NCBI GenBank assembly: GCA_036406835.1 | Contig: DASXAG010000089.1 | Coordinates: forward strand, 478 to 64,477 | Source: Thermoanaerobaculia bacterium | GTDB lineage: Bacteria; Acidobacteriota; Thermoanaerobaculia; UBA5066; Gp7-AA6 | Length of the DNA stretch: 64,000 nucleotides | Direction of reading: 5' to 3' | Shown here: positions 37,213 to 47,390 of the stretch, piece by piece | Layout of the letters: every line of letters begins with the position of its first letter | How positions within the stretch are numbered: the first letter of the stretch is position 1 | The notes under the pieces: model-generated | Told to the model about the DNA's origin: nothing | Databases searched by the model: none | What the model saw: the letters and a program-made list of their open reading frames with translations, nothing else | Made by a program: the position numbers and the translations under genes

Positions 37213-38285
37213 GGGCCGCCGCGGCCGCTCCCGAAGCGGCGCCGCGCGGGATCGACGGCGTCGTGCAGGCGTGGGTCCGGCGCGGAGGCCGCGTCGAGCC
37301 GCTCGCCTCGTTGGAGTCCGCGCCCCTCTCCGAGGGCCTGACCGTGGCGGTCTGCACGCTCTCGCGGCCCGAGCCCATGCGCCGGTCCCTCGCGTCGATC
37401 GCCGCCCAGACGCGGCCGCCCGACCAGATCGTGATCGTCGACGCGAGCGCCGACGACGCCACCGAGCGCGTCGTCCGCGAGGCGGCGGAAGGCGGAAGCC
37501 TCGCGATGCCGATCGCCTACGTCCGCGTCGCGAAGTCCCGCGCCGGCCTGACGCGCCAGCGCAACGTCGCGCTCGCCCTGGCCGACCGGCGGCTCATCGC
37601 GTTCTTCGACGACGACGTGACGCTGCGCGAGGAGTGCCTCGCCGCGCTTCGGGCCGCGCACGACGCGGGCGCGCCGAGGCCCGTCGGTGTCGGCGCCCTC
37701 GTCGAGGGCCGGGCGGCGAACGGTCCCACGGCGATCTGGCGCGTGCGGCGGCTGCTCCGGATGGTTCCCCACCTCGAGCCCGGGCGCTACTGCCGGAGCG
37801 GGATGTCGACGCCGTGGAGCTTCGTTCGCCAGAGCTCGGGCACGATTCCCGGAGACTGGCTGCCCGGCTACGCGATGATGTGGGACACGGCGCTCGCCCG
37901 GGAGCTGCGCTTCGACGAGGGTTTCGCGGGATACGCGCAGTCGGAGGACCTCGAGTTCTCGCTGCGGGCGGGCCGCCGCGGCCCGATCCTGCTCGCGTGC
38001 GCCGCGCGCGTCGTCGACGCGCACGCGCCCGCCGGCCGGCCCAACGACTTCAAGATGGGCTACATGGCGATCTACAACCGCTTCCTCGTCCACCGGCGCG
38101 GCGTGCCCGGACGATCCGCGAAGGACGTCGCGCTCTTCGCGTACGCGTGGACGCTCGACACGCTTCTCCTGATGCGCCACCTGGTTCATCCGACGCGATG
38201 GCCGATGGCGCTGCGCCAGGCCGCGGGACGCGCGCGGGCGGCGGTGGATCTTCTCCGGGACAGTTGGGCGCCGAAACAACGGTGA
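37209..38285 (+). CDS. Glycosyltransferase family 2 (GT-A)
   Basis: LTVAVCTLSRPE...IVIVDASADD (DxD context) and FFDDDV are present. ATGA overlap with the upstream GT4. Confidence 0.7.
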   Translation: MRAAAAAPEAAPRGIDGVVQAWVRRGGRVEPLASLESAPLSEGLTVAVCTLSRPEPMRRSLASIAAQTRPPDQIVIVDASADDATERVVREAAEGGSLAMPIAYVRVAKSRAGLTRQRNVALALADRRLIAFFDDDVTLREECLAALRAAHDAGAPRPVGVGALVEGRAANGPTAIWRVRRLLRMVPHLEPGRYCRSGMSTPWSFVRQSSGTIPGDWLPGYAMMWDTALARELRFDEGFAGYAQSEDLEFSLRAGRRGPILLACAARVVDAHAPAGRPNDFKMGYMAIYNRFLVHRRGVPGRSAKDVALFAYAWTLDTLLLMRHLVHPTRWPMALRQAAGRARAAVDLLRDSWAPKQR

Positions 38286-38289
38286 CGGC

Positions 38290-39057
38290 ATGAAGCGCGT
38301 GATCCTGCGGTTCGACGACCTCTGTCCCACCATGCGGTGGACGGTGTGGGATCGGATCGAGGAGGTCCTGGACCGCCACGGAGTCCATCCCATCGTGGCG
38401 ATCGTCCCGGACAACCGCGATCCGAAGCTCGTCGTCGAGCCCGAGAACCGCGACTTCTGGAACCGCGCCCGCCGCTGGCAGGAGAAGGGCTGGCTCATCG
38501 GGCAGCACGGCTACACGCACGTCTACGACTCGACGGAGGCCGGCCTCGTCCCGTGGTGGCGGCAGAGCGAGTTCGCCGGGCATCCGCCGGAGCTCCAGCG
38601 GCGGCGGCTCCGCGAGGGCCAGCAGGCGCTCGAGGCCGAGGGGCTGCATCCGACCGTGTGGGTCGCGCCGAGCCACTCCTTCGACGCCGCGACGCTCGAG
38701 GCCGTGCGTGACCTCGGCATCCGGATCGTCAGCGACGGCGTCGGCCGGCACCCGACGGTCGACGAACGGGGCCTGATCTGGATTCCGGCGCCGCCGTGGC
38801 GGCCGGCGCTCCCCGGCGGTACGTGGACGCGCTGCGTGCATCCCAACCAGCTGCGCACGGCCGACGAGCTCGACCGGTTCTGCCGCGAACACCGCGCGCG
38901 CCTGCTCGGCTCCGGCTTCACGCTGGCGGACCTGCTCGCGGAGGCGACCCCGCGGAGCTCCTCCGACGCGATCTACGAGGGAATCTACTGGAAGATCTTC
39001 GGCCTGCGCCGGCGCCTGCGCGAGGCGGTGCGGCCGCGGCGGCCTCTCCCCGCATGA
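38290..39057 (+). CDS. DUF2334-like predicted polysaccharide deacetylase
   Basis: The RFDDLCPTM N-terminus, HGYTH metal-binding motif and ~255 aa length are typical of the DUF2334 deacetylase-like family. Confidence 0.55.
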   Translation: MKRVILRFDDLCPTMRWTVWDRIEEVLDRHGVHPIVAIVPDNRDPKLVVEPENRDFWNRARRWQEKGWLIGQHGYTHVYDSTEAGLVPWWRQSEFAGHPPELQRRRLREGQQALEAEGLHPTVWVAPSHSFDAATLEAVRDLGIRIVSDGVGRHPTVDERGLIWIPAPPWRPALPGGTWTRCVHPNQLRTADELDRFCREHRARLLGSGFTLADLLAEATPRSSSDAIYEGIYWKIFGLRRRLREAVRPRRPLPA

Positions 39058-39932
39058 GCACGATTTCCACCACGCCCGGCGCGTCGCTCGTCGTGTTCTG
39101 GGACTACGACACCGCCTGGGGAGCGGACCGCTCGCGCGAGCCCGGCGGCCCCAAGGCGTGGGGGCCGCTCGAGTTCGAGCACACCGAGCGGCTCCTCGAG
39201 CTGCACGCGGAGCACGGCGTCCCCGCGTGTTTCGCGGTCGTGGGCGCCGCGGCGCTGCCCGGCGAGCGCCCGTACCACGATCCCGCACAAGTCCGGCGCA
39301 TCGCCGCCGCGGGTCACGAGATCGGGAGCCACTCCTTCCGCCACGAGTGGCTGCCCGGGCTCGAGCCTGCCGCGCTGCGCGACACGCTGCGCCGGAGCAA
39401 GGACGCCCTCGAGCAGTGCATCGGGAAGCCGGTGCGCACGTTCGTGCCGCCGTACAACCAGCCGTTCGACTATCCCATGGGCCTGTCCGTGAGCCTCTCG
39501 GAGCGGCGGCAGGCGCGCCCTCACCGCAACGGGCTCGCCGACGTCTGCCGCGCGCTCAAAGAGACGGGCTACGCGCTCTGCCGCGTGGCGTACCGGCCGC
39601 TCCTGCAGCGCGCGGCCGAGAGGATGCTGGGCCGTCGGCTCGAGCGGCCGGCGGAGCCGCGCACGATCGCGGGCCTGACGTGCCTGCGGCTGAACACGCC
39701 GGGCGGCTTCGGCCCGGAGTCGGTCGCGCTGCTGCGGCGGTGCGTGCGGGAGGGCGGCATCGCGACCGCCTACGGACATCCCCACTCGCTGCGGGGAGAG
39801 GACTTCCAGCACGAACGCTACCTGGTGGAGTTCCTGCGCGAGGCGCGCCGCCTGGCGGACGCGGGCTCGCTGCGGCTGGCGCTGCCGTCGCAGTTCGTGA
39901 ACGGGTCGGGGCCGGGGATCATCGAGTCATGA
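39054..39932 (+). CDS. Polysaccharide deacetylase, NodB-homology (CE4) domain
   Basis: HEIGSHSFRH and FVPPYNQ motifs are present. ATGA overlap. Confidence 0.7.
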   Translation: MSTISTTPGASLVVFWDYDTAWGADRSREPGGPKAWGPLEFEHTERLLELHAEHGVPACFAVVGAAALPGERPYHDPAQVRRIAAAGHEIGSHSFRHEWLPGLEPAALRDTLRRSKDALEQCIGKPVRTFVPPYNQPFDYPMGLSVSLSERRQARPHRNGLADVCRALKETGYALCRVAYRPLLQRAAERMLGRRLERPAEPRTIAGLTCLRLNTPGGFGPESVALLRRCVREGGIATAYGHPHSLRGEDFQHERYLVEFLREARRLADAGSLRLALPSQFVNGSGPGIIES

Positions 39933-41101
39933 CGCGTCTCTGCGTGGTCTCGGGCAAGGAATGCTGGGAGCAGTCGCCCGGGGTCTGGGTCTCGACCGGC
40001 GGATTCCCGGCGCAGGTCGGTGCGATCGGGTCGCTCTTCGACGAGACGACGCTCGTGATCGTGCGCGGACGCCCGCGCGAGGGAGCCATCCCTCTGCCCG
40101 CGTCGGCGCGCGTCGTCCCCCTCCGCAAGCCGCCGGGGCGGGGCGTGCTGCGCAAGGCCGCGGTCGGCCTGGGCCTGCCGTACTACGCGGGCCGGATCGG
40201 CTCCGCCGTCGCGCAGAGCGACGCCGTCTACGCGCCGCTGCCCGGCGACGTCTCGTTCCTCGGCTTCGCCGCCGCCGTCCTCCTGCGCCGCCGTCTCCTG
40301 GCGCGTTACGGCAGCTCCTGGGTCGAGACCGCCCAGACGACGCGGATGAACCGCGTCACGCGGCTGTGCATGCGGTTCTTCGCGGGAGACTCGGCCGTGA
40401 TGATCGCGACGGGGGAGGGAGACGCGCCTCCCGCGCGCGGCGTCGAGTGGCTGTACGCGACCGCGCTGACCCGGCGCGAGCTCGACGGAATCGACGCGCA
40501 GTGCGACCGCGGCCTCTCCGCGCCGCCGCGACTCGCCTACCTCGGCCGTCTCTCGCCGGAGAAGGGCGTCGCGGTGCTGATCCAGGCGCTCGGCCGGCTG
40601 AGGAGCGAACGGTTCGAGCCGCTGCCGCACGCGCTCCTGATCGGCGACGGGCCGCAGCGCGCGGAGCTCGAGTCGCTGGCCGGAAGCCTGAATTGCGCCG
40701 ACCTCGTCACCTTCGCCGGGCAGCTGGACCGTCCCGGGTTGAGCCGGAGGCTGTCCGAGGTCGACGTCTGCGTGCAGCCGTCGCTGACGGAGGGGCACTC
40801 CAAGGCGTGGCTCGACGCGATGGCGCACGGCCTGCCCGTCCTCGCCTCCGAGGTCGGCGCGGCGCGCCGGGTCATCGGCGAGGACGGCGAGCGCGGCTGG
40901 CTGGTGCCTCCGGGAGACCCCGCGGCCCTCGCGGCGCAGCTCGCGCGCGTCCTGAGGTCGCCGAGGGACTGGCCGGCGCTGCGCCGCCGATGCCGCGCCT
41001 ACGCCGACGGGCGCACGCTCGAGGCGTGGACGCGCCGCATCGGCGAGCTCTGCGCGGTGCGGTGGCGCGTCCGCTACGCCGACGGGAGGCTCTGGATTTG
41101 A
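39929..41101 (+). CDS. Glycosyltransferase family 4
   Basis: C-terminal VCVQPSLTEGHSKAWLDAMAHGLPVLASEVG (EX7E-like) motif. ATGA overlap. Confidence 0.7.
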   Translation: MTRLCVVSGKECWEQSPGVWVSTGGFPAQVGAIGSLFDETTLVIVRGRPREGAIPLPASARVVPLRKPPGRGVLRKAAVGLGLPYYAGRIGSAVAQSDAVYAPLPGDVSFLGFAAAVLLRRRLLARYGSSWVETAQTTRMNRVTRLCMRFFAGDSAVMIATGEGDAPPARGVEWLYATALTRRELDGIDAQCDRGLSAPPRLAYLGRLSPEKGVAVLIQALGRLRSERFEPLPHALLIGDGPQRAELESLAGSLNCADLVTFAGQLDRPGLSRRLSEVDVCVQPSLTEGHSKAWLDAMAHGLPVLASEVGAARRVIGEDGERGWLVPPGDPAALAAQLARVLRSPRDWPALRRRCRAYADGRTLEAWTRRIGELCAVRWRVRYADGRLWI

Positions 41102-42507
41102 GCGCCGTCGCGATTCCCCTGCGCCCCCGCACCGCGCCGCCCGCGCCCGTCACGGCCGGGCGGATCGGGAAGCTCACGACCGGCCTCGTCGTGCTGGTCC
41201 TGGCGGTGGGCCTGCGGAACTTCTACGCGGCCGTGACGGCGCTGACCTGCATCGGCCTCATCTGGATGTTCGCGGGATTCCGCGATCCGCGGATGGGCCT
41301 GATCGGCGTCGGTCTTCTCTGCACGGTCGACGCGCTCACGCGGAATTTCCTGCTGACCGGAGACCTGCTGCGGTGGAACACCTTCAACTATCTCCTGCTG
41401 CTGGTCAGCGCGATCTCGCTCAAGCGGATGCTCCGCTGGGGGGACCTTCCGATCCGGCTGCTCGAGGCGCTGCTCCTCCTGCTGGCCGTCGAGTTGATCC
41501 AGAGCGAGGACCGCATGGAGGGGGCCCAGCACATCCTCAATGCCACCGCGTTCTTCGGGATCATGGTGATGGTCGAGCGCGCCGGGCGCAACGATCAGGC
41601 GTGGGTCTCCACGGGCGTCGTCTGCTCGACCGCCGGAGCGTTCGGCGGGCTCGTCTTCTTCCTGCACGACGCGGTCCAGCGCCAGATCAACCCGAACTCG
41701 TTCGCGTATTTCCCGCTCACCGCGCTGCTGACGGCGATCTTCGCGATCGGCCGCCGCAACGTCGGGCGCGGCACGCGCGTCATGCTGCTGCTGCTCGCCG
41801 CCGTCAACGCCGGCTGGATCCTGCTGAGCGGCAGCCGCGGCACCTCGCTCGTCGCCATCGTCGGCCTGCTCTACGGGCTCTCGCGCGCGCGCCGGCCGCT
41901 CACGGCCCTCCTGCTCGCGCTCGCGATGCTCGGGGCGGGCCTCGTCGTCGTCGATCTCTTCGGCGCGCAGGCGGAGCGCTCGACCCAGCGGATCAACAAG
42001 CTCCTGGACACGCGCTACTCGCTGGCCGGCCGCACGAGCGGCCGCTGGGACATCGCCCGCGCCGGCTGGTACATCTTCCTCGACCATCCGGTCACCGGCG
42101 TCGGCACCGGCGCCTTCGCGGTGAGCTGGAAGCGCCTGACCGGCGTGTCGGGCCTCTCGATGTACGGCTGGGGCCGCGAGGTCCAGGCGCACTCCGGCTG
42201 GATCAAGGTCCTCGCGGAGAACGGCGCGCCCGGATTCCTGCTGTTCGCGGCCTTCGTCCTTTCCTTCGCCTGGTGCGGGTTCCGCGGCGGGGGTCGGATC
42301 TGGCCGCTCGGGCTCCTGACGACGATCACGTGGACCGTCGCGCTGCTGACGACGGAGTTCCAGCCCAAGGGGCTCTGGTTCCTGGCGGCCGGCACCGTCC
42401 TGTTTCTCCGCCGCGCGCCCGTGCGCGGACGCCGGCCCGCCCTGGTGGCGCCGGCGAGAACGGAAGCGCCGGCCCGGCTGGAGATCGTCGAGCCGTCCCA
42501 TGGCTGA
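41098..42507 (+). CDS. O-antigen ligase / Wzy_C-domain polymerase-like membrane protein
   Basis: TTG start overlapping the upstream TGA. About 10 TM helices. A large periplasmic loop carries ...LLSGSRGTSLVAIVG... and the distal HSGWIKVLAENG motif, typical of the O-antigen ligase family. Confidence 0.65.
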   Translation: MSAVAIPLRPRTAPPAPVTAGRIGKLTTGLVVLVLAVGLRNFYAAVTALTCIGLIWMFAGFRDPRMGLIGVGLLCTVDALTRNFLLTGDLLRWNTFNYLLLLVSAISLKRMLRWGDLPIRLLEALLLLLAVELIQSEDRMEGAQHILNATAFFGIMVMVERAGRNDQAWVSTGVVCSTAGAFGGLVFFLHDAVQRQINPNSFAYFPLTALLTAIFAIGRRNVGRGTRVMLLLLAAVNAGWILLSGSRGTSLVAIVGLLYGLSRARRPLTALLLALAMLGAGLVVVDLFGAQAERSTQRINKLLDTRYSLAGRTSGRWDIARAGWYIFLDHPVTGVGTGAFAVSWKRLTGVSGLSMYGWGREVQAHSGWIKVLAENGAPGFLLFAAFVLSFAWCGFRGGGRIWPLGLLTTITWTVALLTTEFQPKGLWFLAAGTVLFLRRAPVRGRRPALVAPARTEAPARLEIVEPSHG

Positions 42508-43630
42508 TCGTCTGCCGGATCTTCGCGTGGCGATCGTGGCGGGATCGTTGCGTCGCGGCGGAGCCGAGAAGCAGCTCTGGCACCTGGCCTCCGGCCTGCG
42601 GGGCGCGGGGGTGCAGGTCGGCGTCTATTCGCTGACGCGCGGCGAGTACTACGAGTCGCGGCTCGCGGAGGAGGGAATCCCGACGACCTGGATCGGGCGC
42701 AGCGGCTTCCCGCCGGCGCGGCTGATCGCGCTGGCTCGCGCGCTGCGAGACTTCCGTCCCCAGATCGTCCAGGCGTCCCACGCCTTCGCCAACCTCTACG
42801 CGGCCGCCGCGGCGAAGGTCTGCGGCGCGGTCAGCGTCGGCGCGCTGCGCGGCAGCCTCCGCCGGTGCGTGGAATCCAACGGCGCCTGGGCGCGCCCGAT
42901 CATCCGCCGTCCGACGGCGCTCGTCGCGAACTCCCGGCGCGCCGCCGACGAGGTCGCGCGGAGCGGTCTGCGCGACGCGTCGCTCGTGTTCGTCCTCGAG
43001 AACGCGATCGCGATTCCCCCCAACGTCGCGTCGGTGCGGCCGGCGGGCTCGCCCCTCCGCGCCGTGCTGCTCGGGAGCCTGACGCGCGTGAAACGCGCCG
43101 ATCTCTTCCTCGAGGCGCTCGCGCAGGCGCGCCGGGCGGGCGCACCGCTGAGCGGCCTGGTGGTGGGCGACGGGCCGGAGCGCGGGCCGCTCGAGGCGCT
43201 GGCGCGAGCGCGCGGGCTCCTTCCCGACGGCGTTCGCTTCCTCGGCGAGCGCTCCGACGTCGCCGAGATCCTGTCGCAGGCGGACCTCCTGGCGCTGACC
43301 TCCGACGACGAGGGCCTCCCGAACGCGGTGCTGGAAGGCATGGCCGCGGGGCTGCCGGTCGTCGCGACCCCGGCCGGCGACACGCCCGAGCTGGTGCAGG
43401 ACGGTCGCACCGGCTGGCTCGTGCCGTTCGGCGACGCGCCGGCCCTCGCCGCGCGCCTGGTCGAGCTCTGCGCGTCGCCCGAGGTCCGGGCGAGCCTCGG
43501 ACGCGCGGGCCGGGAGCTCGTCGCCGCGCGTCACGGCACGGACCGCATGACGGGCCGCGCCCTCGAGATCTACCGCGAGATCGCCGAACGAAAGGGACGC
43601 GGCCAGCTGCGCTCCCTGTTGGCGGCCTGA
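42500..43630 (+). CDS. Glycosyltransferase family 4
   Basis: LALTSDDEGLPNAVLEGMAAGLPVVATPAGD (EX7E) is present. 8-nt overlap with the upstream gene. Confidence 0.75.
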   Translation: MADRLPDLRVAIVAGSLRRGGAEKQLWHLASGLRGAGVQVGVYSLTRGEYYESRLAEEGIPTTWIGRSGFPPARLIALARALRDFRPQIVQASHAFANLYAAAAAKVCGAVSVGALRGSLRRCVESNGAWARPIIRRPTALVANSRRAADEVARSGLRDASLVFVLENAIAIPPNVASVRPAGSPLRAVLLGSLTRVKRADLFLEALAQARRAGAPLSGLVVGDGPERGPLEALARARGLLPDGVRFLGERSDVAEILSQADLLALTSDDEGLPNAVLEGMAAGLPVVATPAGDTPELVQDGRTGWLVPFGDAPALAARLVELCASPEVRASLGRAGRELVAARHGTDRMTGRALEIYREIAERKGRGQLRSLLAA

Positions 43631-43649
43631 GACCGACGACCCTCCCCCC

Positions 43650-44900
43650 ATGCGACTCGCCGTCTTCACCAACCAGTACCCCGGGAAGGTCAACACGTTC
43701 TTCGTCCGCGACCTCGCGGGGCTCGCGGCGTGCGGGGTCGCGATCGACGTCTTCCCGCTCTATCCCGAGGACGCCGCGCTGTGGAAGTACGCGGAGGGGC
43801 CGGGCGAGTCCGGCGCGAACGCGATCCCGCGCGAGCGCGTGCACTACGGGTCGTGGCGGCGCGGGCCCGACGGGAAGAAGTCGCGCGCTCCGCGGACCGG
43901 CGCCGGGTTCGGAGCCCAGGCGCTCCGCGCCGTGGCCGAGTCGCTGCCGCACGGTCCGGTCACGGCGGCGAAGACGGCGTACGCGGCGGCGAAGGCGCGC
44001 GGCTGGGCCGCGGACGGGCATCCGCGTTACGACCAGGTCCTCGGCTACTGGGGCAACTACGCGGCGACCGCCGCCTCCCTCTTCGCGCGGCGGCGAGGGC
44101 TCGGCGAGCCGGTCTCGATCTTCCTCCACGCGGGCACCGACCTGTATCGCGGCCGCCCTTACCTGCGGCACAAGCTCGTGGAGGCGCGGACGATCCTCGT
44201 CTGCTCGGAGTTCAACCGCGAGTTCCTGCGCGAGCGCTACGCCGACATCGCCGAGTCGCTCGCGCGCAAGATCCATGTCCACCAGCACGGCCTCGACTTC
44301 GGCGAGCTGCCGTACGGCCGAGACGCCCGGGCGGCGGCGGGCCTCGTCGCGGTCGGCGGCTTCCAGAAGGCGAAGGGCTTCGACGACCTCCTGCGCGCGT
44401 GCCGGATCCTGCAGGAACGCGGCGTCGCCTTCGAGCTCGAGCTCGTCGGGGACGGACCGCAGCGCGACGCGCTCGGGAAGCTCGCGACCGAGCTCGGGAT
44501 CGACGGCCGCGTGCGGTTCCCGGGCTGGCTTCCCTTCGCCGAGGCGCGCGCGGCGATCCGCCGCGCCGCGGTTCTCGCGCATCCCTCGATCGGCCTCGGC
44601 GACGGCGCGCCCAACGTCATCAAGGAGGCGATGGCCCTCGGCACTCCCGTCGCCGCGAGCCGCGTGGCCGGCATCCCCGGTCTGCTGGAGGAGGGGAGCT
44701 GCGGCGTCCTGGTCGAGCCGCGCGACCCGCAGGGTCTCGCGGAGGCGTTGCGCACGCTCCTCGAGCAGCCGAGCCTGCGCGACGCGCTCGCGCAGCGCGC
44801 GCGCCGCTCCGCCGAGGCGCGTTTCGACATCTGGCGCAACGGGCGAAGGCTCGCCGAGGCGCTCGGCCTGAGCGAAGAGGCGAGGGCGAACGAACGATGA
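43650..44900 (+). CDS. Glycosyltransferase family 4
   Basis: C-terminal GT-B domain with LAHPSIGLGDGAPNVIKEAMALGTPVAASRVAG. 416 aa. Confidence 0.7.
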   Translation: MRLAVFTNQYPGKVNTFFVRDLAGLAACGVAIDVFPLYPEDAALWKYAEGPGESGANAIPRERVHYGSWRRGPDGKKSRAPRTGAGFGAQALRAVAESLPHGPVTAAKTAYAAAKARGWAADGHPRYDQVLGYWGNYAATAASLFARRRGLGEPVSIFLHAGTDLYRGRPYLRHKLVEARTILVCSEFNREFLRERYADIAESLARKIHVHQHGLDFGELPYGRDARAAAGLVAVGGFQKAKGFDDLLRACRILQERGVAFELELVGDGPQRDALGKLATELGIDGRVRFPGWLPFAEARAAIRRAAVLAHPSIGLGDGAPNVIKEAMALGTPVAASRVAGIPGLLEEGSCGVLVEPRDPQGLAEALRTLLEQPSLRDALAQRARRSAEARFDIWRNGRRLAEALGLSEEARANER

Positions 44901-46327
44901 GCGCTTGGGTGTCCGTCTACCACCGTCTTCCGGCCCCCCTGCGCGAGGCGGGGGCGAGCCTGCACGGCTACCGGCTGCGCAGCTGGCGCTACGGGCCGGA
45001 GACCGACCCGCTGATCGCGGAGACGCTGGAGCGCGACCGGTGGGACGCGGCGCAGTGGGACCGCTGGCGCGGGGAGCGGCTGCCGGCGATGCTCCGGCGC
45101 GCGGCGGAGCACGTCCCGTATTACCGCCGGCAGTGGGAGCGGCGGCGCGCCGCGGGGGACCGCGCGTCGCCGGAGCGTCTCGAGAACTGGCCCGTGCTCT
45201 CCAAGGAGTCCGTCCGCGGCGAGCCGCGGGCGTTCGTGGACGACGGCTGCGACGCCAGGGCGCTGCGTCACGAGCACACGAGCGGCACGACGGGGACGCC
45301 CCTCTCCCTCTTCCAGTCCCGCGAGACCGTGCGCACGTGGTACGGGATCTCCGAGGCCCGGATCCGGCACTGGAACGGCCTGTCGCGGCGCGACCGGTGG
45401 GCCATCTTCGGCGGCCAGCTCGTCGTCCCGGTCGAGCGCGCCCGGCCGCCGTTCTGGGTCTGGAACGCGGGCCTGCGCCAGCTCTACCTCTCCTCGTACC
45501 ACCTCGCGCCGGCGAACGTCGCCGCGTACGTCGACGCACTCGAGCGCCACCGCGTGCGCTACGTGTTCGGCTACGCCTCCTCCCTCGACTCGGTCGCGCG
45601 GCTCGCGGCGGAGCAGGGGATCGCGCTGCCGCCCATGCGCGTGGCGATCGCGAACGCCGAGCCGATCTACGCCTACCAGCGGGAGGAGATCGCGCGCGCG
45701 TTCGGATGCCCGGTCCGCGAGACGTACGGCATGGCCGAGATGGTGACCGCGGCGAGCGAGTGCGCCGAGGGCAGCCTTCACCTCTGGCCCGACGTCGGCG
45801 TGACGGAGATCCTGCGCGATGAGGGGGACGCCTCCGCCGGTCCCGGCGAGAGCGGTCGTCTCGTGTGCACAGGGCTCGTCAATCGCGACATGCCGCTCAT
45901 CCGCTACGCGGTCGGAGACCGCGCGCGTCTCGCGCCGGACTCCTCCCTGCGGGGCGGGCGCGCGTGCGGCTGCGGCCGCGGGCTGCCGATCCTCGAGGCG
46001 ATCGAGGGGCGCTCCGACGACGTCGTGATCACGCCGGACGGGCGCCGCGTCGGACGCTTCGACCCCGTGTTCAAGGCGGACCTTCCGATCCGGGAGGCGC
46101 AGATCGTCCAGGAGGCGCCGGACCGACTCGTGGTGCGCGTGGTCCCGGCGCCCGGCTGGGCGCCGGAGCAGGCGGAGGATCTCGCGCGGAGGGTCCGCAT
46201 GCGGGTGGGCGACGCGGTCGCCGTCGCCGTCGAGCCGGTGGAGCGCATCCCGCGGACGAAGGCGGGGAAGTTCCGCGCGGTCGTGCGCGCATTCGGCGAA
46301 GACCCCCGGGAGGCCACGCGTGCCTGA
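44897..46327 (+). CDS. CapK / PaaK-like adenylate-forming enzyme (coenzyme F390 synthetase-like, ANL superfamily)
   Basis: The HTSGTTGTPL A3-like motif, YGMAEM and a C-terminal ...KAGKFRAVV lysine motif are present. 476 aa. ATGA overlap. Confidence 0.7.
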   Translation: MSAWVSVYHRLPAPLREAGASLHGYRLRSWRYGPETDPLIAETLERDRWDAAQWDRWRGERLPAMLRRAAEHVPYYRRQWERRRAAGDRASPERLENWPVLSKESVRGEPRAFVDDGCDARALRHEHTSGTTGTPLSLFQSRETVRTWYGISEARIRHWNGLSRRDRWAIFGGQLVVPVERARPPFWVWNAGLRQLYLSSYHLAPANVAAYVDALERHRVRYVFGYASSLDSVARLAAEQGIALPPMRVAIANAEPIYAYQREEIARAFGCPVRETYGMAEMVTAASECAEGSLHLWPDVGVTEILRDEGDASAGPGESGRLVCTGLVNRDMPLIRYAVGDRARLAPDSSLRGGRACGCGRGLPILEAIEGRSDDVVITPDGRRVGRFDPVFKADLPIREAQIVQEAPDRLVVRVVPAPGWAPEQAEDLARRVRMRVGDAVAVAVEPVERIPRTKAGKFRAVVRAFGEDPREATRA

Positions 46328-47390
46328 GCCGCACGAGCGCCCCTTCGTGAGCGTGGTCATGCCGGTGCGCAACGAGGCCGCCTACATCGAGCGGGCGCTG
46401 GCCGCGGTGTTCGCGCAGGACTATCCCGCCGACCGCCTCGAGGTCCTCGTCGCGGACGGCCAGTCGACGGACGGCACGCGGGACCGCGTCGCCGCCGCCG
46501 CGAAGACCCGGACCAACCTGCGGGTCCTCGACAGCCCCGGGCGCACGGCGCCCTGCAACCTGAACGTGGGCGTCCGCGAGGCGCGCGGCACGGTGATCGT
46601 CCGCGTCGACGGGCACTGCGAGATCGAGCCCGACTACGTGTCGCGTTGCGTGGACCACCTGCTCGCGGGCGACGGCGACGCGGTGGGCGGGTCGGTCACG
46701 ACGGTCGGCGAGAACCCGCTGGCCGACACGATCGCCGCGGCCATGAGCTCGCCGTTCGGGGTGGGAGGCTCGGCCTTCCGCACGGTGCGGAACCGGACGC
46801 TCCTCGTGGACACGGTGCCGTTTCCCGCGTACACGCGGGCGATCCTCGACCGCGTCGGTCCCTTCGACGAGGAGCTCGTCCGCAACCAGGACGACGAGTA
46901 CAACGCGCGGCTGCGCAAGCTCGGCGGCCGGGTCCTGCTCGCCGCCGACGTGCGGTCCCGCTACTACAGCCGCGGCAGCTGGCGCGGCCTCTGGCGGCAG
47001 TACTTCCAGTACGGCTACTGGAAGGTCCGCGTGCTGCAGAAGCACACGCGTCAGATGAAGCTCCGTCACTTCGTGCCGGCGGTCTTCGTCGCGGCGCTCG
47101 CGGGCGCCGTCGCGCTCGCCCTCCTGGGACACCCCGTGGCCCTGCTCGCGCTGCTCGGGTGCTACGGGCTCTCCGTGGCGGCGGCCTCGGCCCTCGCCTT
47201 CCGCGAGCACGGCGCCCGCGTCTTCCCGGGGCTGCCGCTCGCGTTCGCGATTCTCCACGTCGCCTACGGCGCGGGCTTCTGGTGGGGGCTCCTGCGGTTC
47301 GCGGGCCGCTGGGGCCGCGCCTCCCGGGGGCCGCACGCCGCCGGCGCGCTGGTGCCGGGCCCCGACCCCGGCAACCCGGTGACGCGATGA
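46320..47390 (+). CDS. Glycosyltransferase family 2 with C-terminal membrane anchor
   Basis: VSVVMPVRNEAAYI...VLVADGQSTDGT and QDDEYN are present, plus 2-3 C-terminal TM helices. Confidence 0.7.
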   Translation: MPEPHERPFVSVVMPVRNEAAYIERALAAVFAQDYPADRLEVLVADGQSTDGTRDRVAAAAKTRTNLRVLDSPGRTAPCNLNVGVREARGTVIVRVDGHCEIEPDYVSRCVDHLLAGDGDAVGGSVTTVGENPLADTIAAAMSSPFGVGGSAFRTVRNRTLLVDTVPFPAYTRAILDRVGPFDEELVRNQDDEYNARLRKLGGRVLLAADVRSRYYSRGSWRGLWRQYFQYGYWKVRVLQKHTRQMKLRHFVPAVFVAALAGAVALALLGHPVALLALLGCYGLSVAAASALAFREHGARVFPGLPLAFAILHVAYGAGFWWGLLRFAGRWGRASRGPHAAGALVPGPDPGNPVTR

